A stretch of 24,084 bases of DNA from Parachlamydiaceae bacterium (GTDB lineage Bacteria; Chlamydiota; Chlamydiia; Chlamydiales; Parachlamydiaceae): assembly GCA_037143085.1 (NCBI GenBank), contig JBAWZJ010000001.1, positions 1 to 24,084 of the forward strand, read 5' to 3'. Within the stretch, counting starts at the first letter, position 1. Each line of letters begins with the position of its first letter. Shown here in pieces: positions 8,105-18,410 of this stretch. The notes under the pieces are model-generated. The model was not told the origin of the DNA. It saw only the letters and a program-made list of their open reading frames with translations, and made no database searches. The translations under genes and the position numbers were made by a program.

Positions 8105-11100
8105 ATTTTCAAGGTTACCCTTTCGTTAATACGCTCCATAGCCAAGTAAATAATTGGCGTAACAAATAAAGTCACTAACTGAGAAAAAAGCAATCCTCCG
8201 ATAATCACCAATCCAAGTGGACTACGCGCAGAAGCATTAGCTCCCAAACCAAGTGCTATGGGCAAAACACCAAAAATTGCTGCTGCTGTCGTCATCATGA
8301 TTGGACGGAAACGAGCAGTGCACGCATCTAAAATGGCATTTTCAGGAGACATCCCTTTATGGCGAATATTGTCCAAGGCAAAGTCGACAACCATAATCCC
8401 ATTTTTCTTTACAATGCCTATCAGCAAGACTATCCCTAAGAAGGAATAAAGAGATAACGGCAAGCCAAAGATAAGTAAAGTCAAAAGTCCTCCAAATGTT
8501 GCTGGTGGCAATGTGGTCAATATTGTAATCGGGTGAATGTAACTTTCGTAGAGAATGCCCAAAATAATATAGATAGCGAAAATGGTCAATAGGAGTAAAT
8601 ATCCCGCACTTTTAATCGATTCATTAAACGTTTGAGCGGCGCCAATTGGACGCGCAGTGATGCCTGGCAAAACAACCTCTCCTGTAATTTTTTTAATTTT
8701 CTCAAGAGCTGTCTCTAAGGCCACCCCCGGCGCAAGATTAAATGAAACGACGACGGAAGGGAATTGGTTGATATGATTGACACTAGAGGCTCCTAATCCG
8801 ATATCTATGTCAATCGCTGCACTCAAAGGAACCAATTTATCCGATATTATGGAGCGGAGCCACACATTATTCAAAATATCCACCTGCCGTTGATATTCCG
8901 GATAAAGCTCCAAGATCACGTAGTATTGATCAATAGATGTTTGTATTTTCGAGATAAAATTTCCTGAAAAGCTATAGGAAAAAGCTTCTTCTATATTATT
9001 TGCCGTCAGCCCCAACGTCGATGCTTTGTCGCGTAAAATATTGATATTGACCTGAGGAGTCGTCACTTCCATATCACTATTGACTCCTTGAAAAATAGGA
9101 TCTTTCTTCATCTTCTCTATCAAATCCCCTGCCGATCGGTAAAGCTTATCTGCAGATAGTCCTTGCAAGGCAAATTGATATGCAGCCCTACTCTCTTGCC
9201 CTGTTGCCAGGTCTATCAAAGGGATGTTTTTGATAAAACCTTGCAAACCATCGATTTGTTGCATATCTTTATAAATCCCTTGTATCACCTGCTGCATCGG
9301 CTGCCTTTTATCTAAAGGTTTAAGATGAACAAGGTTTAATCCCTTCCGATATTCCGAATATGAGCTAATAGCCACTAACCTATCGACCGCCGGATTATTT
9401 CTAAGGACATGGGCTAATTTATTTTCGTTTTCCAACATACTATAAGACGATCCCCCCTCTCTCTCCTGTGTATAAATCACGAAGAAACCAAGATCTTCAT
9501 TCGGAACGAAATCGGTTGGGAGATAGGAAAGAAGCAACACAGTCGATAGTGTACACAACAGGGCGACGACGATGGCTGTCAAACGATGGTGAAGAACAGA
9601 GACGAGGGCTTTGCGATATTTTTTTTCCATCCATCCATTCAGTCGATTCGACCACTCAGAAGCCTTAGCCCCATTTTTTCGAGGCGGAATAAAACGACTG
9701 CAAAGCATTGGCGTCAATGTCAATGAAACTATTCCAGAAATCAAAGTAATTACCGTCAATGTGATAGCAAACTCCTTGAAAATTTTACCGATCAATCCTC
9801 CCATAAAAAGCATGGGAATAAATACAGCAATGAGGGAAAGGCTCATCGATACGATAGTAAAACAAATCTGACGAGACCCTTCCATTGACGCTTGAAAAGG
9901 AGTCTCTCCCGACTCTATACGTCTAATGATATTTTCTAACACCACAACGGCGTCATCAATAATGAATCCTACAGCCAAGGTTAACGCCAAAACAGAAAGG
10001 CTATCTAAAGTAAAATTAAGCACAAACATCACTATAAATGTGGCTATCACCGATGCCGGAAGTGCTAAAGAAGGAATAATCGTATCCCTGACTTTCCCCA
10101 AAAAAAAGAAAATCACCAATATGACAAGAAGTAACGAGACAACCAAAGTCTTCATTGCATCATCAATGGCTTCTCGAACAGCAATCGAGCGGTCAAATAC
10201 AATGTGAAGATCAATCGCCAGCGGAATCTCTGTTTTTATCGAATCTAAAAGCTTATAAATGTTATCAGCTATAGCAACAGTATTCGCATCCGGCGCCCGT
10301 TGTATCGCAAGAGTAACCGTAGGTTCGACCTCATCCCCTTCAATATATTGGGAATAAATCTTATTGTTTGCGAAATTGTCTATGGCACGCCCAAGATCGC
10401 GAATACGGACAGGTGAACCATTTCGGTAAGTCACAATCATTTGTTCGTAATCTGCACCTGTCATCAGTTGTCCATCGACAGACACTATAGGAGCCGCAAC
10501 ATCTCCATCAAGCTGCCCTGTAGCAATAAAGGCGTTCTGTAGTTTGATCATGTCAGCAAGCTCATTCAATGTGACATTATGGGTAACAAGTTTCCCCGGA
10601 TCAACTTGGACCCTAACAGCCAACAAAGAGCCAAATGTTGACACTTGAGAGACCCCTTCAATCATAGAGATCCGCTGCCCTATCACGGTATTACCATAAG
10701 TATAAAGGTCTGCACGCGACATGGTCTTTGAAGTCAGAGAAATGTAAATGATGGGCATTTCTGCAGGGTTAACTTTCCTGTATGTCGGACCAAAGGGAAG
10801 ATTCGGAGGCAAATAGGGAATCGCACTTGTAATTGCTTCTTGAACATCTTGAGCCGCTGTTGTCATGTCTTTGTCGATTTCAAACTGCAAAATAATGCTT
10901 GTATTTCCAAGAGTGCTATTTGAGCTTACAAGACGTAACCCTGGAATCCCCATAAACTGTTTTTCTAGAGGTAGAGCAACAGAATTGGCCATCGTTTGCG
11001 GTAAGGCTCCGGGAAACGAAGTTTTAACATTAATTGTCGGATAAGCAACATTTGGCATGCTGCTGATAGGCAAAGCATTATAAGCTAATATCCCAGCAAC

Positions 11101-11166
11101 AACCAATGCCAACATAGCCAAGGTGGTCATCACCGGACGTCGAATAAATGGAGCAGAGAGATTCAT
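8101..11166 (-). CDS. RND efflux permease, MdtB/MdtC-like (paralog 1)
   Basis: 1021 aa with the same RND motifs (IIDDAVVVLENI, GIVKKNG, RFRPIMMTT); 4-nt overlap with the downstream paralog. Confidence 0.96.
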   Translation of the reverse strand: MNLSAPFIRRPVMTTLAMLALVVAGILAYNALPISSMPNVAYPTINVKTSFPGALPQTMANSVALPLEKQFMGIPGLRLVSSNSTLGNTSIILQFEIDKDMTTAAQDVQEAITSAIPYLPPNLPFGPTYRKVNPAEMPIIYISLTSKTMSRADLYTYGNTVIGQRISMIEGVSQVSTFGSLLAVRVQVDPGKLVTHNVTLNELADMIKLQNAFIATGQLDGDVAAPIVSVDGQLMTGADYEQMIVTYRNGSPVRIRDLGRAIDNFANNKIYSQYIEGDEVEPTVTLAIQRAPDANTVAIADNIYKLLDSIKTEIPLAIDLHIVFDRSIAVREAIDDAMKTLVVSLLLVILVIFFFLGKVRDTIIPSLALPASVIATFIVMFVLNFTLDSLSVLALTLAVGFIIDDAVVVLENIIRRIESGETPFQASMEGSRQICFTIVSMSLSLIAVFIPMLFMGGLIGKIFKEFAITLTVITLISGIVSLTLTPMLCSRFIPPRKNGAKASEWSNRLNGWMEKKYRKALVSVLHHRLTAIVVALLCTLSTVLLLSYLPTDFVPNEDLGFFVIYTQEREGGSSYSMLENENKLAHVLRNNPAVDRLVAISSYSEYRKGLNLVHLKPLDKRQPMQQVIQGIYKDMQQIDGLQGFIKNIPLIDLATGQESRAAYQFALQGLSADKLYRSAGDLIEKMKKDPIFQGVNSDMEVTTPQVNINILRDKASTLGLTANNIEEAFSYSFSGNFISKIQTSIDQYYVILELYPEYQRQVDILNNVWLRSIISDKLVPLSAAIDIDIGLGASSVNHINQFPSVVVSFNLAPGVALETALEKIKKITGEVVLPGITARPIGAAQTFNESIKSAGYLLLLTIFAIYIILGILYESYIHPITILTTLPPATFGGLLTLLIFGLPLSLYSFLGIVLLIGIVKKNGIMVVDFALDNIRHKGMSPENAILDACTARFRPIMMTTAAAIFGVLPIALGLGANASARSPLGLVIIGGLLFSQLVTLFVTPIIYLAMERINERVTLKI

Positions 11167-12254
11167 TATTTTGAAGCCGGTGCGGTGATAACGATCATCC
11201 CCGGAGCAATGTTGATTTGACCATCAACGACAACGCTGTCGCCAACCTTCAAGTCTGGGGAAGCCACTGCTATATACGCTTCGGTACGAGTTAAAACATC
11301 AACATTATGCGCTGAAACTTTCTGTTCTCCATCCATTTTATAAAGGTACGCACCGTTTTTACCAATTAAAACGGCTCCGGGAGGTACGACAAGAGCCATT
11401 GGAGCGGTGGATTGCAACACCTTAACCTTAATAAATTCTCCGGGCCATAACACCCACTCCGAATTCGAACACCTTCCTTTTAAAAGGATTGTCCCTGTGT
11501 CCTGGTTCACCTGATTATCGATGAAATAAGTCTTTCCTTCGAACGGTATTTTAGGTTTTTCCGGCAAAACGGCAATAAAAGGCCATATTCCTTCATTTCC
11601 CTGTTTCAGACGAATGGCTTCAAACTGCTGCTGAGATAGCGAAAACATGATATCTATTGGATCAAACGGACGGATCACCGTGATCGCAGTTGGATCGTAT
11701 GCTGTGACCACATTTCCTGGATAAATATTGAAGTAGCTGATTTTTCCGGAAACGGGAGCAAGGACCTGGCAGAAATCGAGATTAATTTGAGCTGCAACAA
11801 TAGCAGCAATATCCAATTCGACTTGCGCCTGGGCAGCTTTGGCATTTCCTTCATACTGTTCCCATGTCAACTGCGAGATAAAATCTTCTTCGACAACGGT
11901 TTTATATCTCTTCACTGTGAGTTCAGCAACTTCCAATAAAGCCTGGTCATGGAGCAGCTGAGCTTTTGCTTCATCTAAAATAGCTTGATAAGGGCGCGGA
12001 TCGATCATATAAAGGAGATCGCCTTCCTTTACGATTGCCCCTTGCTCGACATAAGCTTTCAACAACTTTCCTTGCACTTGCGGACTGATAGCAACCTCTA
12101 CCGGAGGAATGACTTGTCCAATCGTGTCGATATAAACAGGAACGTCATACTGTTGCACAAGAGCTGTAGTCACATTTGGAGGATCATTTTTTGGTTTTGG
12201 CGATCCATGACATCCAGTCACCAACAATACAATTAAAACTAATACGAAATTCAT
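11166..12254 (-). CDS. RND periplasmic adaptor (MdtA-like membrane fusion lipoprotein)
   Basis: Lipobox LVTGC, lipoyl-like motifs QVQGKLLKAYVEQGAIVKEGDLLYMIDPRPY and APVSGKI, IDNQVNQDTGTILLKG, LWPGEF. Confidence 0.95.
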   Translation of the reverse strand: MNFVLVLIVLLVTGCHGSPKPKNDPPNVTTALVQQYDVPVYIDTIGQVIPPVEVAISPQVQGKLLKAYVEQGAIVKEGDLLYMIDPRPYQAILDEAKAQLLHDQALLEVAELTVKRYKTVVEEDFISQLTWEQYEGNAKAAQAQVELDIAAIVAAQINLDFCQVLAPVSGKISYFNIYPGNVVTAYDPTAITVIRPFDPIDIMFSLSQQQFEAIRLKQGNEGIWPFIAVLPEKPKIPFEGKTYFIDNQVNQDTGTILLKGRCSNSEWVLWPGEFIKVKVLQSTAPMALVVPPGAVLIGKNGAYLYKMDGEQKVSAHNVDVLTRTEAYIAVASPDLKVGDSVVVDGQINIAPGMIVITAPASK

Positions 12255-12257
12255 AAG

Positions 12258-13829
12258 TCAGCTCTCAGCTTTATCTTTAAAAGGAATATTAAATAATTCT
12301 TTAGGAGGCGTTTCTCTCCAGTGCCCTTTGGTCTCATCCAAAACACCAACGGAAAATGCTAGGTTAGCCAGTGAGGCAGCCCACTGGGTCCTTGTCACAA
12401 TAAGCTGAGCGCGGGCATTGCTCAGTGTTGTCAAGGCATTGAGAACATCAAGAATAGATGCCGTCCCCACCTTGTACTGAGATAAATAGCCTCTAAAGGC
12501 GCGCTCGCTAAACTCTAAATTAGCTATACTTGATGGCAATGCCGCAACAGCGGAGGTAAATGCATAGTAATTGGTCACAACTTCGCTAGCAACCGTCGAT
12601 AGCTGAACATCTAGATTAGCCAATGCCTCCTGCACCTGATTGCGCATCTGCTTGAGCTGGTTTTTGTAATAAAACCCTTGAAAGATTGGGACGTTTAAGT
12701 TGATGGAGATGTTGTTGTTATGCCCATCGGCAATGGGATTATGGATAAAATGCAATCGACTCCATTGCGCGTTGGTCGAGACTGTGGGCATTCCTGCAGA
12801 AAAAGAAATATCCCTCATCGCCTCTTGTTGTTTTACAACAGCTATCGCTGCACCGATATCCGGTCGTTTATGCTTGGCTACCTCTAAAAGATGATCCAAG
12901 TCGCCTGATATTTCAATTACAGGAAGTTGATCCGGTAGGCTTTCAACAGATAATTTTGTTTCTGGAGCTAACCCCACAGCAATTACTAGCTCCCCAAGAG
13001 ATGTTTTTTCTTCCCCTTGAGCGTAAATAAGGGTTGTCCGTGCTTGTTCAACAGCAGCTTGAGCTTGCAACACATCTGTCATTGTTGCCAAACCGGCATT
13101 TCGCATCGTCAAGGCTGCCTTCAGAGACATTTCAGCATCTTTCAGATTTTGTTCATCAGCGGCGACAAGAGCTTTATTTCCGTTATAACTTGTATAATAG
13201 TCCAACACATTCATCATTACCTGCTGCAATGTGAAATTGTGTTGCCAATTGGCTTGATAGAGTGTTTCCAATGCCAATGTTGCTTGTGCATCTCTACCGC
13301 CAAAATCGAACATCAACCAGCTGGCTGTCACCTCATTGAAATTTGTATCTATTTGACTGTTCCCCGATATAGCAGCAGTAGTCGGTCCCCTTGCTGTCGT
13401 TCCGGTATTTGAAAGAGCTGTAGCTTGAGTGGCGCTCGTCACTGTACTTCCGGAGCTAGCTCCAATGGTATCACTCTCTGCCGTTAACGTTGAAGTGAAG
13501 GCTATAGCCGGATAATATTCGCTTAAGGAAGTCCGGTAAGCATAGGCAGAAGCCCTGGCTGCATACCAACTTGAGCGTGTGGAAGGATTATTGAATAAAG
13601 CAATATCGAGCAATTTAGCGACAGATATTGTTGAGGAGAGATCTTCTGCAGTAAAGGGGCGTACAACAGTCTGCTTGGGGTAAGTGATCGACTTTCCTTT
13701 CCACTCAGATCCAGGAGAACTTGGAGCGTCACCACTAAAAGAAGGATCATAGGTAAACTCGTTACACCCCACCAACAAAGACAGCAAGAAGGCACTAAAA
13801 ATGGTGTATACCGAAAGCGATTGAAGCAT
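12258..13829 (-). CDS. TolC-family outer membrane efflux lipoprotein
   Basis: IALFNNPS, WLMFDFGG, RPDI, LNVPIFQG, YKVGTASILDVLNA motifs; lipobox LVGC 22 aa after ATG 13829. The ORF track extends to 13925, so the start is uncertain. Confidence 0.92.
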   Translation of the reverse strand: MLQSLSVYTIFSAFLLSLLVGCNEFTYDPSFSGDAPSSPGSEWKGKSITYPKQTVVRPFTAEDLSSTISVAKLLDIALFNNPSTRSSWYAARASAYAYRTSLSEYYPAIAFTSTLTAESDTIGASSGSTVTSATQATALSNTGTTARGPTTAAISGNSQIDTNFNEVTASWLMFDFGGRDAQATLALETLYQANWQHNFTLQQVMMNVLDYYTSYNGNKALVAADEQNLKDAEMSLKAALTMRNAGLATMTDVLQAQAAVEQARTTLIYAQGEEKTSLGELVIAVGLAPETKLSVESLPDQLPVIEISGDLDHLLEVAKHKRPDIGAAIAVVKQQEAMRDISFSAGMPTVSTNAQWSRLHFIHNPIADGHNNNISINLNVPIFQGFYYKNQLKQMRNQVQEALANLDVQLSTVASEVVTNYYAFTSAVAALPSSIANLEFSERAFRGYLSQYKVGTASILDVLNALTTLSNARAQLIVTRTQWAASLANLAFSVGVLDETKGHWRETPPKELFNIPFKDKAES

Positions 13830-14048
13830 TGAGTTTAGACTGACACAAAGTTTTTTACGATCGCATGATCGTAAATTTAACGCAGTCGAAATTTCAATTT
13901 TTGAACCTCGCTTGGTATAACTCATGAAATTTGTAATCCAGGTTAAAATATAACCGATCCTGGCATTGTAAAAAAATATTTACTAATATATCAAGAAATA
14001 TACTATTCATAGCTCAAAATGAGAATTTTGGCTAACGTCAAAGGTCTA

Positions 14049-16307
14049 CTAATCGAAATGGCACTCCGTATTCCCTGTGGTCGAACTGAAGGAACATCTT
14101 TGGTACCCGAATTTCGTCTTAAACAGAAAAAACTTATTGTTTTTTTGCATCTCCGCCCAGTATCGGTCACAGACATAATGTGTCGTTCGCAGCTTGATCA
14201 GTTTCTCATAGCCGTCACGAAAATAAAACAACACCTTTTCTGCCCCTTTTCTGTTGAGGAGATATGCTGAACAAGTTGTACATTCCTGATAAGATAGCAA
14301 AAGGAGGTCGTCGTATTCTTTTATTTCGTGATATTTGCTTGAATTCAGCAAACAAACTTCATAATCGTACTGTCTATCGAAAAACAGTTTCAACCTCTTT
14401 AAATTACCTTCTATATCAGCTGTAAATGTAACGTCATCTTCTAAAATTAGACACGTCTGATGGATCCCTTTCAAAAAGTCTTCGACCATATTCCCATGAT
14501 TTTTTGTACAACTCGCATGGGCATCAAAAGATTTATCACCAGTGATAGACTCTCTTTTAACCTTATAATGACAAATTCGATTTAACGGAGCCCTCACCCG
14601 ACAAAGTTCAGAGAGTATCTCCATGTAACGGTCAACTCTTTCCTCCAAATTCAAAATATAAACAACCCCTATGGATTCCCAAGCTGGATCATATTCAAAT
14701 TTGGAATGCTTCAGGTCTTTAAAATATAAAGGATGACGCCAAATTTTATTGCTATAGGGTAAGTTGTTGTGTGCATGGTGATAGTTTCCATAAACGATAA
14801 CCAATTCATTATCTTTCGGTTCTCTAAGAGGGTCTGTCGTCGCAATAATTTGCCGACCTGTCTCCCTTAGTTTATCTATCAAACCATTGCTATGTTCAAT
14901 AATCGATTCATCAACAAGAAGGCAATCGAAATATTGATATAGCTGACACGCCTCTTCTATCTTATTTTGAGAAACTAATTCGTTAATCGATGAGAGGAGT
15001 TGTTCTCTATTTAAGACCCTGAAATCATCAACGCTTATACCATCATCAGAATTATTTAGAGCTGTTGCTAAAGGAGAGTAAGACAACACAGAGAAAAGCG
15101 TTATTAACATGAAGAAAAACATAGCAAATCGATCTGAGATCATATATCGAAACCTTTTAATAGTGATACGGAACAAAAGTAAAGGTAACTGCCAGAGACT
15201 GGCGAGATTAAATTCATTCGCCAGTGTCGTCGGATAGGTAAAAAACTGCAAAAGCAATGAACTGGAAGGATACAGTCGACGATGCGCGCACCAAATCCTT
15301 TTAAAATGCCATAAAATCACACTTTTTGGTTCTATAGTCATGTATTTTTCCTTTGTCACAACTGCATATTCGAAATGTTCAAATTGCGAAAATGGAATCT
15401 TTTGCAAATCTTCTAAAACTGATGCAGGAATGTGAATATCACATTCTTTTTGTAGAAACTCAAGACTTTTGAAAAGGCGCAAGCTAACCTCCCGCTTTTT
15501 TGCCTCCTCTAACAGGGAAGGCCAAAGGATCTGATCTCCTGCTTTTTTCACGATCATATGCGCATCGACAATCCAGCGCATTGGATGCAAAAGATTCCAC
15601 CGATATCCATGCATACATGTGTGGAACAAATGATCGGTATGTGAAAGGGTCAATGTCGGTTGGGACCTAAACATCAAAGGAACAGCCCGCTGCCAAAACA
15701 CCCCATCATCACAATATTCAGGAAAAAGACGCCAGTGCAAATCGAGTTCATACCCTTTGGGATCGACAAATGTACAAGCGTGTGAGGACTGCTTATAATT
15801 TTTCTTCAAAGGCATTGTTTTAACAACATGTGCATGAGAATGAGCTTTAATCTGCCATCCGTTTTCCAGCAACAAATCTATAGCTTCATCAACACGGTCA
15901 AGAGGGATCAAAACATCACCATCAACCATGGCACGAGTATAGGGATCAGGATAATACACATAACTTAGTGCCACCCCTTTTAGCAATATTGTAGGAATAT
16001 TTTTTGCATGAAGAACTCCTAAAACACGCTCTACAGAGTGGAATAACATTTGGTTGCAGAATAAATTCCTTTTATAAATCCCTTTGAGTTTTTGCATATC
16101 AGGATCGTCCGCAGAAGCGCGCTGTAACGTATAGTAAAGCATCGGCAAAAGACGAAAAACAGAATCATCGATACTCTCTAAATTAGATTCCTTTTTCCAT
16201 TCACCCCAGGCAGCAGCAACGTTTGGAGACTCAGACAAACAGATTTTTATCAGTTCCAACTGTTTCTGAGTGGGTAGGCATCCGCCGATGTTTTCTGTGA
16301 TATGCAT
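14049..16307 (-). CDS. Nucleotidyltransferase (NTP_transf_5-like) fused via a hydrophobic segment to a GT25-like glycosyltransferase domain
   Basis: N-half ILLKGVAL..R-M-D-DVLI, ELDLHWRL, HTCMHG..RWIVD. C-half VYILNLEERVDR, SCTKNH, LILEDDVTF, AYLLNRKGAEK. Confidence 0.85.
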   Translation of the reverse strand: MHITENIGGCLPTQKQLELIKICLSESPNVAAAWGEWKKESNLESIDDSVFRLLPMLYYTLQRASADDPDMQKLKGIYKRNLFCNQMLFHSVERVLGVLHAKNIPTILLKGVALSYVYYPDPYTRAMVDGDVLIPLDRVDEAIDLLLENGWQIKAHSHAHVVKTMPLKKNYKQSSHACTFVDPKGYELDLHWRLFPEYCDDGVFWQRAVPLMFRSQPTLTLSHTDHLFHTCMHGYRWNLLHPMRWIVDAHMIVKKAGDQILWPSLLEEAKKREVSLRLFKSLEFLQKECDIHIPASVLEDLQKIPFSQFEHFEYAVVTKEKYMTIEPKSVILWHFKRIWCAHRRLYPSSSLLLQFFTYPTTLANEFNLASLWQLPLLLFRITIKRFRYMISDRFAMFFFMLITLFSVLSYSPLATALNNSDDGISVDDFRVLNREQLLSSINELVSQNKIEEACQLYQYFDCLLVDESIIEHSNGLIDKLRETGRQIIATTDPLREPKDNELVIVYGNYHHAHNNLPYSNKIWRHPLYFKDLKHSKFEYDPAWESIGVVYILNLEERVDRYMEILSELCRVRAPLNRICHYKVKRESITGDKSFDAHASCTKNHGNMVEDFLKGIHQTCLILEDDVTFTADIEGNLKRLKLFFDRQYDYEVCLLNSSKYHEIKEYDDLLLLSYQECTTCSAYLLNRKGAEKVLFYFRDGYEKLIKLRTTHYVCDRYWAEMQKNNKFFLFKTKFGYQRCSFSSTTGNTECHFD

Positions 16308-16308
16308 T

Positions 16309-16995
16309 TTATACTTTTCGCCTGCGATCTAACATTGCTTTAACAACATGTAAATACTCATACCGTTGATGTTTTAACTGTATCCCCATGTTGTTACCAT
16401 GAATGCGACGTCGAGCAAGCACATCTTTAATCAACAGACTTTTGCACCCTTTATCTTTAGCCCTGCCATACCAATCAAGAAATTCTCCAATTTCAATATG
16501 GGTTGGGAAATTTCCAGCGTGCAAGAGAGCCTCTTTCCGGATCATTAAGGTGGAAGCACAATAACCTGCCATCACTTGTCCATCCCCTTTTATTCGTTTT
16601 TTACGCTCCTCATCCAGTTCAGAACTTATGAATTGTTCTATCATAGTAAAAACCATCGAAACATCAGGATATAGCAACAAAGTTTCCAATTGCTTTTCAA
16701 GCTTTAAAGGATGCCATAGATCGTCTCCGTCAAGGAACGTCACCACATCACCACGAGCGAGGGCAATTCCTGCATTTCGTGCAGCCCCTAACCTCTGGTT
16801 CGTTTGATAGTGATAGATTAATTTATCGCCGTAAGATCTAGCAATATTTCCTGTATTATCAGTAGAGCCGTCATCAACAACGATCAATTCGAAATTTTTC
16901 CATGTTTGCGCAAGCACGCTTTCAATCGTATCGGCTAAATATGCCTGGCTATTGTAAGCATTAATAATCACGCCCACTAAACTGTCATTTTTCAT
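16309..16995 (-). CDS. GT2 (GT-A fold) glycosyltransferase
   Basis: VIINAYN, IVVDDGSTD, ARNAGI, FLDGDD, RRRIH motifs. Confidence 0.95.
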   Translation of the reverse strand: MKNDSLVGVIINAYNSQAYLADTIESVLAQTWKNFELIVVDDGSTDNTGNIARSYGDKLIYHYQTNQRLGAARNAGIALARGDVVTFLDGDDLWHPLKLEKQLETLLLYPDVSMVFTMIEQFISSELDEERKKRIKGDGQVMAGYCASTLMIRKEALLHAGNFPTHIEIGEFLDWYGRAKDKGCKSLLIKDVLARRRIHGNNMGIQLKHQRYEYLHVVKAMLDRRRKV

Positions 16996-17692
16996 GCATT
17001 AGCCCTTCTCGTTGCCTTACTATCGATTTTCTAATTATATGCAAAAGATCACGATGCAAGGGAACAACGTTAGCCGATTCATTAGCATTATGTATGCGTT
17101 TGTAAAACAAAATATCGGGCATGTGCCCTACCGGAATTTTCATATCTTTGGCAGTAAAAAACCAAGCCGAATCGTCACCTCCGCTCCGATACTGTTCGTC
17201 AAAGAATCCCACCTTATTAAACACACTCCTACGTCCAAGCAATGTGCCTAGCAAATAACCAGCATGGTCTCCTTCCAGCCTCTCCGGGTTAAGCCAGCTT
17301 GGACAAGACATTCCTGATTGAACAAATAACTTTTGCCTACATAATACGTAATCGATATTTTGATTCATTTCGAGATAAAAGACTTGTTTCGATGTTTTAT
17401 CCGCAGTCCAGATATCATCCTGATCAAGAAAAGTGATAAACTCCCCTTTTGCGTTTCTCAACCCTACATTTCTCGCAACGGCCACACCTCTATTCTTTTG
17501 CACAATCAGTGTAACCTTATCCTTAAACTTAGATACAATATCAAGACTTGTATCCGTTGATCCATCGTCTATTAAAAGGATTTCCATTGGGTTATAATCT
17601 TGTGCAAACACACTCTGAAGAGTTTCTTCTAGATAAGCCGCTCCATTATAAATAGGTATAATAACACTGACAAGCGGTCTATTTAGCATCAT
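16985..17692 (-). CDS. GT2 (GT-A fold) glycosyltransferase
   Basis: VSVIIPIYNG, IDDGSTD, ARNVGL, FLDQDD, KRIH. GGAG RBS before tandem ATGs at 17692/17689. Confidence 0.95.
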   Translation of the reverse strand: MMLNRPLVSVIIPIYNGAAYLEETLQSVFAQDYNPMEILLIDDGSTDTSLDIVSKFKDKVTLIVQKNRGVAVARNVGLRNAKGEFITFLDQDDIWTADKTSKQVFYLEMNQNIDYVLCRQKLFVQSGMSCPSWLNPERLEGDHAGYLLGTLLGRRSVFNKVGFFDEQYRSGGDDSAWFFTAKDMKIPVGHMPDILFYKRIHNANESANVVPLHRDLLHIIRKSIVRQREGLMHEK

Positions 17693-18410
17693 CAAACTCC
17701 GAAAGAGGTACAAGATTTAAGGCTTTACCCTGATTCATCAATTGACGGCGATTGATGGATCGCTTCAAGGCTGAAAAAAATGTGAGATCGTAATGGTTAT
17801 TCTCTCTAGTCATATTTGAAGAATGTTGTTGATAGAGGAGATTGATTTCTTTCATAATCGCAATTTTAATTCCAGACTCACGAACGCGGAAAAACCAATC
17901 AAGATCCTCAGCAAATCGTAGCGATTCGTCAAAAAGACCCACTTTATCAAAAACTTCTTTGTGAACTAATAGAGCTCCCAAATTGACATTTAAAAGTCCG
18001 TTCTCTTCGCCGTGATGAATAGGCATATTTTTTGCCCCTTTTAGCCTGATATATTTTATACGACCTGTCACAATCTTAAGCGAACTATCAGACCTCAACC
18101 TGGCCAATTGCAACGCAAGTTTATCATCCGGCCATTCGTCATCCGCATCCAGAAAAGCGATGATGTCGCCTTTTGCCTGTTTAATTCCAAAATTTCGCGC
18201 AGCAGCAGGTCCTTTGTTATTTTGTCTAAGGAAAATGATATCTTTGCCTAAAGTTTTAACTCGTTCTCCGATATTGTCGCTTGACCCATCATCAATTAAA
18301 ATAATCTCTAAAAAAGGGTAATTCTGCCTTCTTATACTTTTAAGGGCTTCTTCGATGAACTGACCTGCATTAAAATAAGGGATGATGACACTAATACTCC
18401 ATTCAGCCAT
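17679..18410 (-). CDS. GT2 (GT-A fold) glycosyltransferase
   Basis: ISVIIPYFN, IDDGSSD, ARNFGI, FLDADD, EDLDW. ATG 18410 overlaps the kinase stop (translational coupling). Confidence 0.95.
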   Translation of the reverse strand: MAEWSISVIIPYFNAGQFIEEALKSIRRQNYPFLEIILIDDGSSDNIGERVKTLGKDIIFLRQNNKGPAAARNFGIKQAKGDIIAFLDADDEWPDDKLALQLARLRSDSSLKIVTGRIKYIRLKGAKNMPIHHGEENGLLNVNLGALLVHKEVFDKVGLFDESLRFAEDLDWFFRVRESGIKIAIMKEINLLYQQHSSNMTRENNHYDLTFFSALKRSINRRQLMNQGKALNLVPLSEFDDAK

